DNA of 64,000 bases from Isurus oxyrinchus (Eukaryota), in contig JANJGN010000075.1 of assembly GCA_026770705.1 (NCBI GenBank), forward strand, positions 1 to 64,000, read 5' to 3'. The translations under genes were made by a program, and so were the position numbers. The notes under the pieces were generated by a model. That model was not told where the DNA came from and ran no database searches. It worked only from the letters and a program-made list of their open reading frames with translations. Numbering within the stretch: the stretch's first letter is position 1; each line of letters opens with the position of its first letter. Positions 27,351-38,672 of the stretch are shown one piece after another.

Positions 27351-27445
27351 AGGGTCATGAGGACTCGAAACGTCAACTCTTTTCTTCTCCGCCGATGCTG
27401 CCAGACCTGCTGAGTTTTTCCAGGTAATTCTGTTTTTGTTTTGTT
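27351..27445 (+). mobile_element. 95-bp Penelope-derived insertion (hammerhead truncated at its 5' core)
   Basis: Near-identical to 22838-22928; 8-bp TSD atcattga (27343-27350 / 27446-27453). Confidence 0.9.
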
Positions 27446-28244
27446 ATCATTGAGACACTGTTTGTTTATTGTGTGGTGGGGAAGATTCACCTGTTTCACC
27501 AGAGTCCATACCAGTTTTCGAAAGGGAGACTCTCACTGACAAATCTGTTAAGGGTTTTTGGTCAGGTTTGAACTGGCGAGGTAAACGGGGGTTTTTTGGA
27601 GGGGGCGGGGTATGGTGGGCGGGAGGAGGGATTTGGGGTGTCAGGAGTGGAGGTGTGGAATTTTCACTTCAACCCTGCCCGTCTGGCTGTTTCACTGTAA
27701 CTCACAGGATCACAGGACAAGAGCTGCAAATGGGAAATTTCTGTACAAATCGTCTCTCCTGGTCCGGCACAGAGACAGGGTGATTAAAGGTGGTAAAGGT
27801 GTAAAAAGTCAATTCCTCCGCATTAAAATTGGGTATTTCCAATGTTTGTTCCAGGGATAAAGAGTCGAATGCACCAGCCGAGCGACCGCTGCAAATTTCA
27901 ATCCCCTTTGCAGCGTTCACTCCCCATCAGCCTGTGCCCAGACCCAGCCACTCAGTTACTGAACCTCTCTGAAACTGCTAACGCCAGACCTGTGGTTAGG
28001 ACACAGAGCAGCCATTTCATGGTCGGCAAGGTTCGAAAGGCTGAATGGCCTCCTCTTCACATTGTCATACACTTCAACAGGTGTTTATTACTAAAGTAAG
28101 CGGCAGGATCATCTGGGGTGTGGTTCTGTGGTAGGGAGCATGATTTTGTCATGTGTGAGAACAGAGTAGAAGAGTTAATATGAGCAGGAGAAGGTCATTT
28201 GGCAAACAAGCCTGTTGCACTATCAAATAAATCGCACGATCATA

Positions 28245-29290
28245 CGAAATAAGAGCAGAAGCAGGCCATTCGGCCCCTGGATAAAATTAAATAAGGCTCT
28301 GACTGATATGTTTGTGCTTCGAATTTCAAATTCGCATGTACGTCAGAAAACCTTTGACTCCCTTGCTAATTAGATTCTATCTACCTCCGCCTTAAAAGTA
28401 TGTAGTGCCCCCCATCTCGGCCTCCATCAGAGGCAGAGAGTCCCAACCATCTCGCAGCCCTCTGAGAGAAAAAGATAATCTCCACATCTCTGCCCTAATA
28501 GGACGACTTTGAACTTTAAAACAGGGCCCCCTGGTTCTAGACTCGCTCACCAGCAGAAGCATTACTTCCACATTAAACATTTGCAGACAATTCAGGATCT
28601 GATGCACTTAAATCAAGCAACCCCCGACTCTTCTAAACTCCAGTGGAAACAAGCCCAGTGTGTCCAATCTTCCCTCATATGACAACCCGCTCATTCCAGC
28701 TCAAAATCTAATAAATCTCCTCTGAACCGCCTCCAACTCATGGCTGATCTTATACCCCAACACGATTTCGCTGCACTATCCGCATGTCCTCTGATGTTTT
28801 TAATATCTTGAAATCTGTTTAGAAAACACGCAATAACTGAGCCTCTGCATCCCTCTGGGAGAGAGATTGTAAATATTCATCACCCTCTGAGTGAGGGAAT
28901 CCCTCCACATCTCAGTCCTTAATGGCGTGTCCCTTATTCTGAGGCGGTGTCTCCTGGTTCCAGACCCACCAACCAGAGGAAACGTCCTTCCTGCATCGAA
29001 CTTGTTGAGCCCGGTAAGAATGTTCTGTGCACCAATGAAATCACTCGAGAGAATACAGGCCCACTCCCCTCCATCTCTCTTCATACGACAAACAGCCGTT
29101 TTCGTTGCTCTGCCTCTGTGTCACGTAAACCCTCACATCGGTCGTGAGAGCAAAACTTTACCAAAATCCCATGTTTCCAAGAATTGATGCAATTCCCATT
29201 AGTCTTATCTACTCCAGTAAAAAAACTTCTCTGCCACTCAAGCCCAACATACCATTTGCCTCGCTAAGTACTCGCTGTGCTGTTATGACA
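28245..29290 (-). mobile_element. CR1-clade LINE 3' fragments (two pieces)
   Basis: Minus-strand ORFs 28392 and 28800 give CR1 C-terminal motifs (ESRTRG..FK...RP.RAEM; GTRRHRLRIR..PLRTEM..SLTQRV). Confidence 0.8.
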
Positions 29291-29683
29291 GCAAAATGTA
29301 GGCAGCCACAGGCTGCCAATTGGAAAAAAACCGTGTACGGGTTATCTTAAATCTCCTCAGCTTCAGACCCAAAGGCATTGGCCACAGATCCCATTGTCAG
29401 ATCAAGATCCAGAGATCCTGGATTTTTTTTGCACAGTCTCCTTGAGTTCCGGACATCCAGCCAATGTTTTCAAATGGCCCATATCTCAGTCAGAAATGTC
29501 ACGCCACTGAGACAAAGGTAAACTTACCCTGCCTGTTTGTCCAGCAAAATGATACAATGGTGGTTGAATGCATTCAGATTGCAAATCATTCATGGTCTAA
29601 TTTGAAGAAGAAACAAGACTGGAGCTATAAAGGGGCCCTCTCTCCGTACCTACATTCGTTGTTTTAACGTATATCTGGTAAGT

Positions 29684-29741
29684 GCGGATTTAGCTCAGTG
29701 GTAGAGCACATCCTTAACATGTAGGAGGCCCGCCATCTCCA
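29684..29741 (+). pseudogene. tRNA-Ala-derived pseudogene lacking the T-arm
   Basis: GCGGATTTAGCTCAGTGGTAGAGCACATCCTTAACATGTAGGAGGCCC[gap]GCCATCTCCA followed by TTTT. Resembles vertebrate tRNA-Ala with the anticodon altered to AAC and the B-box deleted. Confidence 0.75.
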
Positions 29742-29754
29742 CGCTTTTGTCACT

Positions 29755-30665
29755 CATCTGGGCGTCGCTGACTCTGCCCAGCATTTATTGCCCAATCTTA
29801 TTTCCCTTGGGAAGCTGGTGGTGAGCTGCCTCCTTGGACAGCTGCAGTCCATGTGGTGTAGGGACACCCAGAGTGCTGTTCGGGAGGGAGTTCCTGGATT
29901 TTGACACAGCGACAGGGAAGGAACTGCCAATCTATTTCCAAGTCAGAACGGTGAGTGTTTTGAAGGGGAGCTTCCAGGTGGTGGTGTCTGCTGCTCTTGT
30001 CCTTCTAGATGGTGGTGGTCGTGGGTTTGCTGTATACGGAGCCTTGGTGTGTTTCTGTGGATCATTTTGTAGGTGGTACACATTGTTGCCAGTATTCGGT
30101 GGTGTTGGAGCAAGTGAATGATTCTGGATGTGGTGCCAAACTAGCGGGCTGCTTTGACATGGATGTTGTCAAGCTGCTTCAGTGTATTTGGAGCTGCACT
30201 CACCCAGGCAATTGGGAAGTACTCCAACACTCTTTGCTTGTGCCTTACAGATAGTGGACAGGCTTTGTAGTGTCAGGAGGTGAGTTACTCGCCGCTGGAT
30301 TTTCAACATCTGACCTGAGCTTTTATGGCTACTTCATCTCAGTTTCTGGTCAACTGTTACCCCCAGGGTGTTGATAGTGGGGGAGTCATTAATGCTAATG
30401 CTATTGCACGTCAAGGGACGATGTTTATATTCTCTTTTATTGCAGATGGTCACTGCCTGGCACTTCTGTGGGTTGAATCTTACTTGCCACTTGTCAACTC
30501 AAGCCTTGATATTGCCCAGGTCTTGCTGCATTTGTACATGGACTGCTCAGTGCCTGAGGATTCATGAATGGTGCTGTACATTGTGCAATCGTAAGCGAAC
30601 ATCCCCAATCCTGACCTTAAGATGGAAGGAAGGTCATTTATGAAGCAGCGCAAGGTGTTTCGGCT
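29755..30665 (-). mobile_element. CR1-clade LINE (RT C-terminus and 3' tail)
   Basis: Minus ORF 30480-30797 'CFINDLPSILRSGLGMFAYDCTMYSTI' is a degenerate FADD motif; HE1-like tail at ~29760. Confidence 0.85.
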
Positions 30666-30829
30666 GAAGGCTTTCCAAATGCCATCCAAATTGTTGATAG
30701 AACACAGGACGTGTTTCATTCCATGAACCTTAAAATGCAGGAAGACACAAAATATAGGAAATAAACAGTGGTTACAGAACAGGAAGAGGCCATTCATCGC
30801 ATCATATCTGTTTTGACTCTCATTTGATT

Positions 30830-31710
30830 ACTCAAAAGAGAGAAAAAAGGAACAGCTGGGATTAAAGGACCGAAGGAATGGTTGCTAAACTTGCTGTTGG
30901 CACAAAAGTAGGTTGGGAAAGTAAGTGATGATAAGGACATAAGGAGGCAACAAAGGGTTATGGATAGGACAGGTGAGTGGGCAAAGATCGAGGAAATGAT
31001 GAGAGATGCAGAGAGATCCGGATGTTCTAGTGCATGAGTCACACACAAAAAAAATATTTATGCAGGTACAGCAAGTGTTTAGGAAAGCGAATAAAATGTT
31101 AGAATTTATTGCGATGGGATTTGAGTACAAACATAGTTGAACAGGGCATTGGTGAGACTATGTGTGAAGTACTGTGCGCAGTACTGGTCTCCATATTTAT
31201 GGAAGTGTGTAAATATGTTGGAAGAAGTTCAGAGGTGGTTTACGAGACAAATGCCAGGAATGAGTGGGTTGTCTTATGAGGAAAGGCTGGACAGGCTTGG
31301 CATGCATCCACTGGAGTTTAGAAGACTAAGAGGGGACTTGATTGAAACATAAGAGGTCCTGAGGCGTGTAGACAGGGCGGATGTGGAAAGGGTGTTTCCT
31401 CTTGAGGGAGAATCTAGAACTATGGGTCAAAATAAGGGGTCGCCCATTTAAGACAAAGGTGGGGAGAAATGTTTTTTTTTATCGGGGAGCCGTGAGACTT
31501 TGGAACTCTCTTCCTCAAAAGGCAGTGGAGGCAGAGACTTTGAATAATTTTTAAGGCAGACGTGGATAGTTTCTTGATTAACAAAGGGGCGAAAGGTTTT
31601 ATCGGGCGTTGGCGGGAATCTGGGGTTTAGGTTATCAATCAGGTCATCCGTGATCTGATTTAATTGCAGAGCCGGCTCGACATAACTAGTGGTTTACTCC
31701 GGCTCCTAAT
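30830..31710 (+). mobile_element. CR1-clade LINE 3' part
   Basis: ORF 31137 'RALVR..YCAQYWSPYL..LEEVQRWFTR.MPGMSGLSYEERLDRLG..LEFRRLRGDLIET'. Confidence 0.9.
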
Positions 31711-33099
31711 TGGGTTCCCTAATTACCCCGGGAGGATTAAGAGCAAGAGTAGGACGTTCTGTCCTAACACCTGTTCCTCCATTCCATAAGAACATGGCTG
31801 ACCTGATTTGGGTCTCAAATCCACTTCCCTGTCTGAGCCCCACCCCACCCACCCGAACCCACCCCACCCCACTCCACCCTTCTCCAACCGCACACATGCC
31901 CCTCGAATCCATTGCCTATAAACAACACAGGCTCTCTTAATCAGCTTTGAACATATTCAACGTCCACTGCTCTCTGGGGAAGAGGATTCCACAGACTAAC
32001 GGCCTGTCAGTGAAAATAAAATGGAGTTTTTTCACAAACAGTGACTCAGTGCCTGAAGCATCTCCAATAACATCTCCGCCTCTGTGTAGACTTCGAAATT
32101 ACAGTGAAGTAAGCACGGAGATGTGGGATTGTAGGTCTATGGTAAAGCGAACGCTTCGCAGGCTTGGATCCTCGGCATCTCTATGTTACCAGCTGCAAAA
32201 ATTAAACGTGCATTAGATGTAAATTGAAGACAACAGCGGACAACCCGCTTCGGCGGGTTAAATGAGTCGATAGTCCAGGTTCATCTGCGTCCTTTTCCCT
32301 GGACACATTTCTCCCAAGCGCGTTCTCCAAAATGCTTCCATCATTTGATCTTTGATGCTCTCGAACCCAATAAACATACTCTCTCTTTCCGCTCTCTCTC
32401 AGCCTGGCCCTTCCGTCTTCTCCGCTTTCTCAATTCCTCAGGACACAGAGCTGAAAGGTTCGGGCGGGAAAGTGTTTGGTCAGAACTGGCTGGAGCCCTT
32501 GACCACACCATCAGGCCCTGTTCTGGCTTGCTCACTGATCAGGGGTCAACTTGGAATGGTATTCCTTAAAAATGACATTCTTATTTTGTTTCAGAGAGTA
32601 TACCCTTGTCACAGTCACGCTCTAGGGTGGTGGGTTATTAGACTCAGGGACTCCCGGGGAGGGGGTGGGGGAGCGGTTACGGGGTCTATGCATTAGATAA
32701 GCCCCACACTCCGAGGGGAGAGAGAAGTGTAGGTCCCCCAGGCCTTGGAGATGTCGGGGTGGGGGCGGGGGTGGGGGTGGTGGTTGTTTTCTGAGCCCTA
32801 AGCCCTGGGGGGATGGAGAGGGCTGGACATGAGCCCCAGGCCCCACTCTGCCAGTTATTTTATCTTTTGTGTAATGTGTTACGGTGCAAATCAGTGCGGG
32901 CCCTGCCCCCCTATTTCATGTCGCGTCAGTTAAGAAAAAAATATTAAAAACAAAAATATCTAATTCATTAATATAAACGCTAGTCTGAGAGCTGATCCGG
33001 ATGGAACCCCATTGCTCTCTTCCAGTGACAGGAGTAAAACCAGGACAAGGTCAGTCGTCAAATTTTAATACATTTATTGCGAAAATGAAAGCGCGCGAT

Positions 33100-33260
33100 T
33101 GCTTTATAACCAGACTGGGATAAAATTAAACTGGCTTCCAATGTATCTTTATTAACTATAGCAATAACAGAAATCGCTTCCCCAGCAACCAATATCAGTA
33201 AAACCCGGCTCTGAAATGGAAATGGATTTTGGCCTTTAGTTTCTGGGCGTGAAAACTTGT
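33100..33260 (-). mobile_element. Possible degenerate Gypsy-type protease remnant
   Basis: 'KDTLEASLILSQS' resembles the RDTGASQSLIL protease motif of fish Gypsy elements; weak. Confidence 0.25.
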
Positions 33261-34358
33261 CTAATCTTAGCACAGAGATGATAATCTGGCGGAGGTAGGG
33301 AGTAATCAGGCAGTTGGTAAAGGGCAGGTCATCATCGGTACCAATGGTTGAAATCTGTCCCATTCCATAAGCGTCTTCTGATCCATCTCTCCTCATCTTC
33401 ATTCTGGTACGTATCTCAGACGGGACTGGCGCCCAGGGACATATATTCAGTGAGTGGGCTAGAACATCACCTGAGCTTGGAGTTCTCGTTAAAACTACCT
33501 GTATATCAAGAGTTTCCTTGCATAATCGTGGAACAGGGTGACTCCTTCATGGTCATTAGGCAGATCGGGACTGGGCTTATCACTGGGGTCTCGGGAGCTC
33601 TGGGATTGTTCTACAGCTTCACCGCTGTATAGAGGGTGCACTCCTCACTCTGGGCATGGCTGGTATCTCGCTGACACTGATGATGAAAGGAATCATGCAA
33701 TTGGTCAAAAATTCAGCAATCGTCTTAACATCTGATAAAAATTCACGAAATTCTATCAGCAGATGAAGGGAGCAGAAAGAGGCAAAAACTCAGCAGCGCA
33801 TTTGGTCTTGTGAACAGATGCTAATATGGAGCAGACCTCAATGCTAAAGGGCATTGATTGTCTGCTTCCTATTCCTTTTCCCAGTGAAGTTATTAGAACA
33901 GAGGGAAGCTGTTTCTCGTACTAACAATTAGGGACTCGCCAGCAAAGGCAGGGAAACAGGAGATTCCAAAAAGTTGAGGAATTTACAATCTGAGCGATAA
34001 GTACCCCAACCTTACCAGTACGCCCCCCCCCCCCCCCACCCCCGCCACCATCTCGCCAACCCGCCCTCACCACTCCCCGCACAAGCTTTTTTCACTTCAA
34101 TGGGAAGGGATCCTTGCGGGATGTGCATTGTTTTGGCAAAATCCCAATCACCAGAATATTGAAACACAAGGAATTAGATTCGAAGTAGGCTATTCGGGCC
34201 CTCGATAATGTTCTGTCATTCGGAAAGGTCATAGATGATCTTATTGTGTCCTTAACTCCACATTCCTACCCCTCCCCATCACTCTTCACTTCCTTGTCAG
34301 TCTTAATGCTATCTAACTTAGCCGTTTACAATTGCTTTGAATGTACATTTTAAAACAG

Positions 34359-34620
34359 ATCCACAGGCAAAACCAAAATGAACAAACGACAGGCGTGTAT
34401 TTAATGGGAGAGCCGGCCACCATGACTGAAGCATATCGGGATAAAATTTTCCAATGATATAAAAAGACAATCAGCTGTCCTCCCTGCAAATTGACACATT
34501 GGGTCATTCCAGGTTACAGGCAGAAGAAGCCACGGCAATATCAGTGTCAGCATGGAATTTCCATTATGAGTTGGCTGCTAACATCGCCAGTGAGCAAATT
34601 TCTGTCACTGGCGATAGCAG
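34359..34620 (+). pseudogene. LRC/LILR-like Ig-domain pseudo-exon 1
   Basis: Acceptor aaacag|AT. Fragments DPQAKPK..TGVYLMGE..YQCQHGISIMSWLLTSPVSKFLSLAIA; 262 nt with frameshifts and stops; donor mutated (gcag|ttgact). Confidence 0.8.
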
Positions 34621-34919
34621 TTGACTGGCGAGGAACAGAAATTGTTAATATGTCTATTAAACGGTCTTGGCATATTCACAAATCCGTCTTTAATATCCTG
34701 CAAACAAATGAAATGTTCAGTATCAGGATAGAATGGCAAATCCAAATGGCCTTCATTTGATCGTTCAACTCTTGACAGAAGCTCTGAAAGAATGAGACTG
34801 TAATCACTAGCTGTAGATGAGCTGTCGCTACAGTGGCTGTGGTTGGCGGTAAGGAGTGAAGGGACAGTCAGCAGCTGAAGGGCTCTGTTACTGGGGGAAA
34901 TCTGGTGATCATTGGTGGA

Positions 34920-34927
34920 TGACGTCA
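34920..34927. promoter_or_regulatory. CRE palindrome TGACGTCA in intron after Ig exon
   Basis: The same palindrome lies at the same relative position (~300 nt after the exon) in the paralogous intron at 62056-62063. Confidence 0.35.
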
Positions 34928-35435
34928 CAGTCTATCCGGCGACTGGGTTAAGTCCAGTGTGACGTCGCAGGCTCACCCTGTGTCCTGTTTCAACCCCCAT
35001 TGACCAACTCCCCACACATGGGAGGTGGGGAATGCTGAACCTTTCCTTCATTATTACACATGAGACTTCAATTTCCACAAAGATGCAGGCATTATTTCAA
35101 AAGAGAGTCTCCTTAACTAATTTGGTAGCATTGACTGATTTCTCTTGATGTGATCTTACTTGGTACACGCATGATGCTGTGATACCTACAGTGCAACCAT
35201 CATTACAACTTGACTGTAAATCATTAGCTGTACAGTTTTTGCAGAGTCCAGAGGTCCTTCGATATTAAATGCCTTAGTCGCCTTTGTATTAGGACCACAG
35301 TCCTGGGTGCAATCACTTTCTCCCACACTGAGCGTTCGTTGTTGAGTTACCAAAATTTAACTTGTTACGACACATACGTTTCCTCTAGTCCTTATCTAAA
35401 CTTAATTCCTACCTATGTTTTTTTATCTACCGAAG

Positions 35436-35718
35436 AGTCATGAATAACGCCAGTCAAATCTCTTGATTAACCGACTGGGCTGTATGTAGTAAGAGAGAAG
35501 GTAAGCATTACTTGCACTATGACTGGAGATTATCGCTATTGAACCATTTCCCTATAGCGGAATGATGTTTACCTCTACGCCAGTAAAATCAGCACAGAAC
35601 GACACAGCGGCACCTACGCAGTTACAGGTGAAAACGCTGGAAGTCAGTATAATTGTGGATTTGGAACCAAGGCTGTTAGAGTCTAAACCCAGCAATGTTG
35701 TAACGGTCACAACTGCAG
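35436..35718 (+). pseudogene. LRC/LILR-like Ig-domain pseudo-exon 2
   Basis: gaag|AG ... SLD*PTGLYVVREKVSITCTMTGDY..GSQYNCGF / SKPSNVVTVTTA G|gtaagt; four stops plus a frameshift. Confidence 0.85.
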
Positions 35719-36314
35719 GTAAGTGGAAGAAAACTTGGATTTGTAGAAAGTTTCAGCAATCCTTTTGGTATTTTCAACAATTAATGTTCTTGTAACAAAA
35801 TGAATTATTTCTCATGGCGCCAGAGAAAACTATTGGGAGAGCCATTCACCTCAGAGTTAAACTCTTGGCATCACCTCTCTGACATTGGGCGCCTGAATTC
35901 ACCCGCTGAGATCCGTTTACCGTCAAGATTGCTACCGCAAACTATCAGAAACACGCAATGACTCTATGGTCAAATTAGTGTCCTTAATCCAAAAAATGAT
36001 CCAGTGGTATGAATGGTTTCAATTTACTCCTTCACCAGAACCTTCAACATAATCACAAGTTCGCACTCTGAAGAAAAAACAGAATATAAACCTGTCAATG
36101 TGTATAAACAGGCCCAGGAATACAAATGCAAATAGTGTCACCAGTCGAGCCTTCTGATTGGTTTCTGCTCACAGAATATGTCAGTGTTTGGGGAACGCTT
36201 TCCTCCTCAACTGAAAATTCAGCTTTACGTCTGATGGTCACAATTTATTTCGAGAAATCGGCACTCCATTTGCTTGATGCCTTCATGTTAGAATTTTATA
36301 ATTGGTCACCGAGT

Positions 36315-37074
36315 AAAACAAATACAGAATTACCTGGAAAAACTCAGCAGGTCTGGCAGCATCGGCGGAGAAGAAAAGAGTTGACGTTTCGAGTCCTCAT
36401 GACCCTTCGACAGAACTTGATTTCGAGTCCAAGAAAGAGTTGAAATATAAGCTGGTTTAAGGTGTGTGTGTGGGGGGCGGAGAGATAGAGAGAGAGAGAG
36501 GTGGTTGTGTAGACAAACAAGCAGTGATAGAAGCAGATCATCAAAAGATGTCAGTGACAATGGTACAAAAGAACACATAGGTATTAAAGTTAAAGTTGGT
36601 GATATTATCTAAACGAATGTGCTAATTAAGAATGGATGGTAGGGCACTCAAGGTACAGCTCTAGTGGGGGTGGGGGGAGCATAAAAGATTTTAAAATATT
36701 TAAAAATAATGGAAATAGGTGGGAAAAGAAAAATCTATGTAATTTATAGGGGAAAAAAAGGGAAAAAGGGGGAAACAGAAAGGGGGTGGGGATGGGGGAG
36801 GGAGCTCATGACCTAAAGTTGCTGAATTCAATATTCAGACCGGAAGGCTGTAAGGTGCCTAGTCGGAAGATGAGGTGTTGTTCCTCCAGTTTGCGTTGGG
36901 CTTCACTGGAACAATGCAGTAAGCCAAGGACAGACATGTGGGCAAGAGAGCAGGGTGGAGTGTTAAAATGGCAAGCGACAGGGAGGTTTGGGTCATTCTT
37001 GCGGACAGACCGCAGGTGTTCTGCAAAGTGGTCGCCCAGTTTACGTTTGGTCTCTCCAATGTAGAGGAGACCAC
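36315..37074 (-). mobile_element. 5'-truncated Penelope-like retroelement (GIY-YIG endonuclease C-terminus, 3' UTR, hammerhead at 36379-36417)
   Basis: Intact peptide LLYIGETKRKLGDHFAEHLRSVRKNDPNLPVACHFN...LGTLQPSGLNIEF; possible TSD aaaacaaat (36315-36323 / 37075-37083). Confidence 0.92.
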
Positions 37075-37139
37075 AAAACAAATTCCGTGTTCCCAAAGTC
37101 CTTCCATTCCAAAGTCTTTGTTTAGATTTCAATTTTACT

Positions 37140-37472
37140 AGTTGCAGTAATTCTCCAAGGCTCCTTAGACAGCACCTTCCAAAACCACGACTGCTACCAC
37201 CTAGAAGGACCAGGACAGAAGATACATGGGAATACCACCACATGGATGTTCCCCTCCAAGTTACTCACCATCCGCACCTGGAAATATATTGGTCATTCAT
37301 TCACTGCCGCTGGGTCAAATTCCTGGAACTCCCTCCCTATGTGTAGGTGTGCACCTACAGCACATTGATTGGAGCTGTTCAATAAGGCGGCTCACCAACA
37401 ACTTCTCAAGTGCAACTAAGGATGGGCAATAAATGCTGGCCAAGACAGCGAAGCCCACATTTCGTGAATGAA
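37140..37472 (+). mobile_element. CR1-clade LINE 3' end
   Basis: ctccttagacagcaccttccaaa..ctagaaggac..gggtcaaattcctggaactccctccc..gatgggcaataaatgctggc tail. Confidence 0.75.
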
Positions 37473-37773
37473 TTTAATATAGTAGAGTATAATTGCTTAT
37501 TTCGTGATCCTCCATTTTTGTGGTGGAATATGTATTGGAGTTAGACAGTGTCTGAACTCTGGCACATATAGTCTGTTATCATACTCATCTGTTGACTTAA
37601 TTTTAATTCAACTGAGACCATTTCGCGTCCAAACAATATGAAGTCTGAATGGCATTTGTCCCACAACAGTTCGGAATTCTGGGACTTTTAACAACGATGA
37701 GAATCATGAACTCACAAGCCACCTGCTGCCTATAACCAAAACCTCCAAACGGGGAAAAAGAGCATTCAGTGCC

Positions 37774-38672
37774 TGTTATGGCAACTGGATTTTAAATTGC
37801 AAACTGCCAAATCCCATGGTGAAACTTGAAACGACGACACAACGTTATGCAATTTGTATTTATTACAAGGTGCGGGCTTTGAAGTCATTTGAAAAAAAAA
37901 ACACCAACTCTTACAGGTTTCTTAAACATCTGAATTACACCGTTATCAAGAGAGAAATTATTTTTGAACACATACTTAGTTCTACAAATTACTACTAGGA
38001 TAACTTCTAAAACCCGTAATTAACCTGAGCCCCAGTCACACATCTGTTTAGGAAAGAGTGAGTACATTTTAAAAGACCAATGTAAAGAAACATACAGTAC
38101 TCTTAACAGTCGAATTCAAAGTGTTTTTTTCTTCTCAGGTTGAATTCCTTGTAGACAAAAGCTTGAGTCCCCAATACTGGAGTCTTTTCAGATCTGTGTT
38201 AGATTTTAGAATGTCTTCCCTTACACACAACCTTGTCTCCTTTATACATGTGCTCCTCTCTGAATGCAAATTCTCAATCTTTCGCTATGTCATGGGCCTT
38301 ACTTCTCTCAAGTAATAAAATTTATCACAGTCCCAATTTTACCCGAAATCTTTGGGAAAAATAAACACACTGCTTCCTAATTTCACATTCCTAGGTGAAA
38401 CATTTTACCGTCTCTTTTTAATCCAAGCTAGTTTCGTTTATTTTAAAATGCAAATGTTCCCTTTACGCCTATGTTTATCCACTTAACGTTTGAAACCTCG
38501 CTCATCTTCTCTTGCGTAAAAGCCTTCAGACCAGCGGCCTTTTATTCAATTAAGTTCCCCCTCCTACTCCCGCCCACGCCCCTCCCCGTCACACACACCA
38601 TAGACAGACAACTTTACTGCACTTTACAATAAATTTCAATAACCTTTTGAAAGTTATTATATCTTGCTGACA
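37774..38672. mobile_element. Candidate solo LTR
   Basis: TGTTA...TGACA termini; imperfect flanks gtgcc/atgcc; non-coding. Confidence 0.45.

Larger units (their letters stand above)
21443..27975. repeat. Modular tandem array, 7 units of ~0.8-1.2 kb
   Basis: The anchor ggaggtggggcatttg recurs at ~21450, 22308, 23431, 24579, 25653, 26423 and 27649, with shared downstream modules. Confidence 0.95.

Noticed and set aside
21443-27975. Long ORFs in the array (e.g. 25388-26119, 243 aa) as genes; array as an Ig switch region or snRNA/5S cluster
   Set aside because: Frames are not preserved between units. No AGCT enrichment and no recognisable RNA gene.
33427-33440. TGGCGCCCAGGGAC as a tRNA-Lys primer-binding site
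   Set aside because: Lacks the central GAAC of the canonical PBS, and no adjacent LTR end is evident.
36806-37243. 145-aa ORF as a host nuclease gene
   Set aside because: It is a chimera of antisense CR1 sequence and the truncated Penelope GIY-YIG C-terminus.
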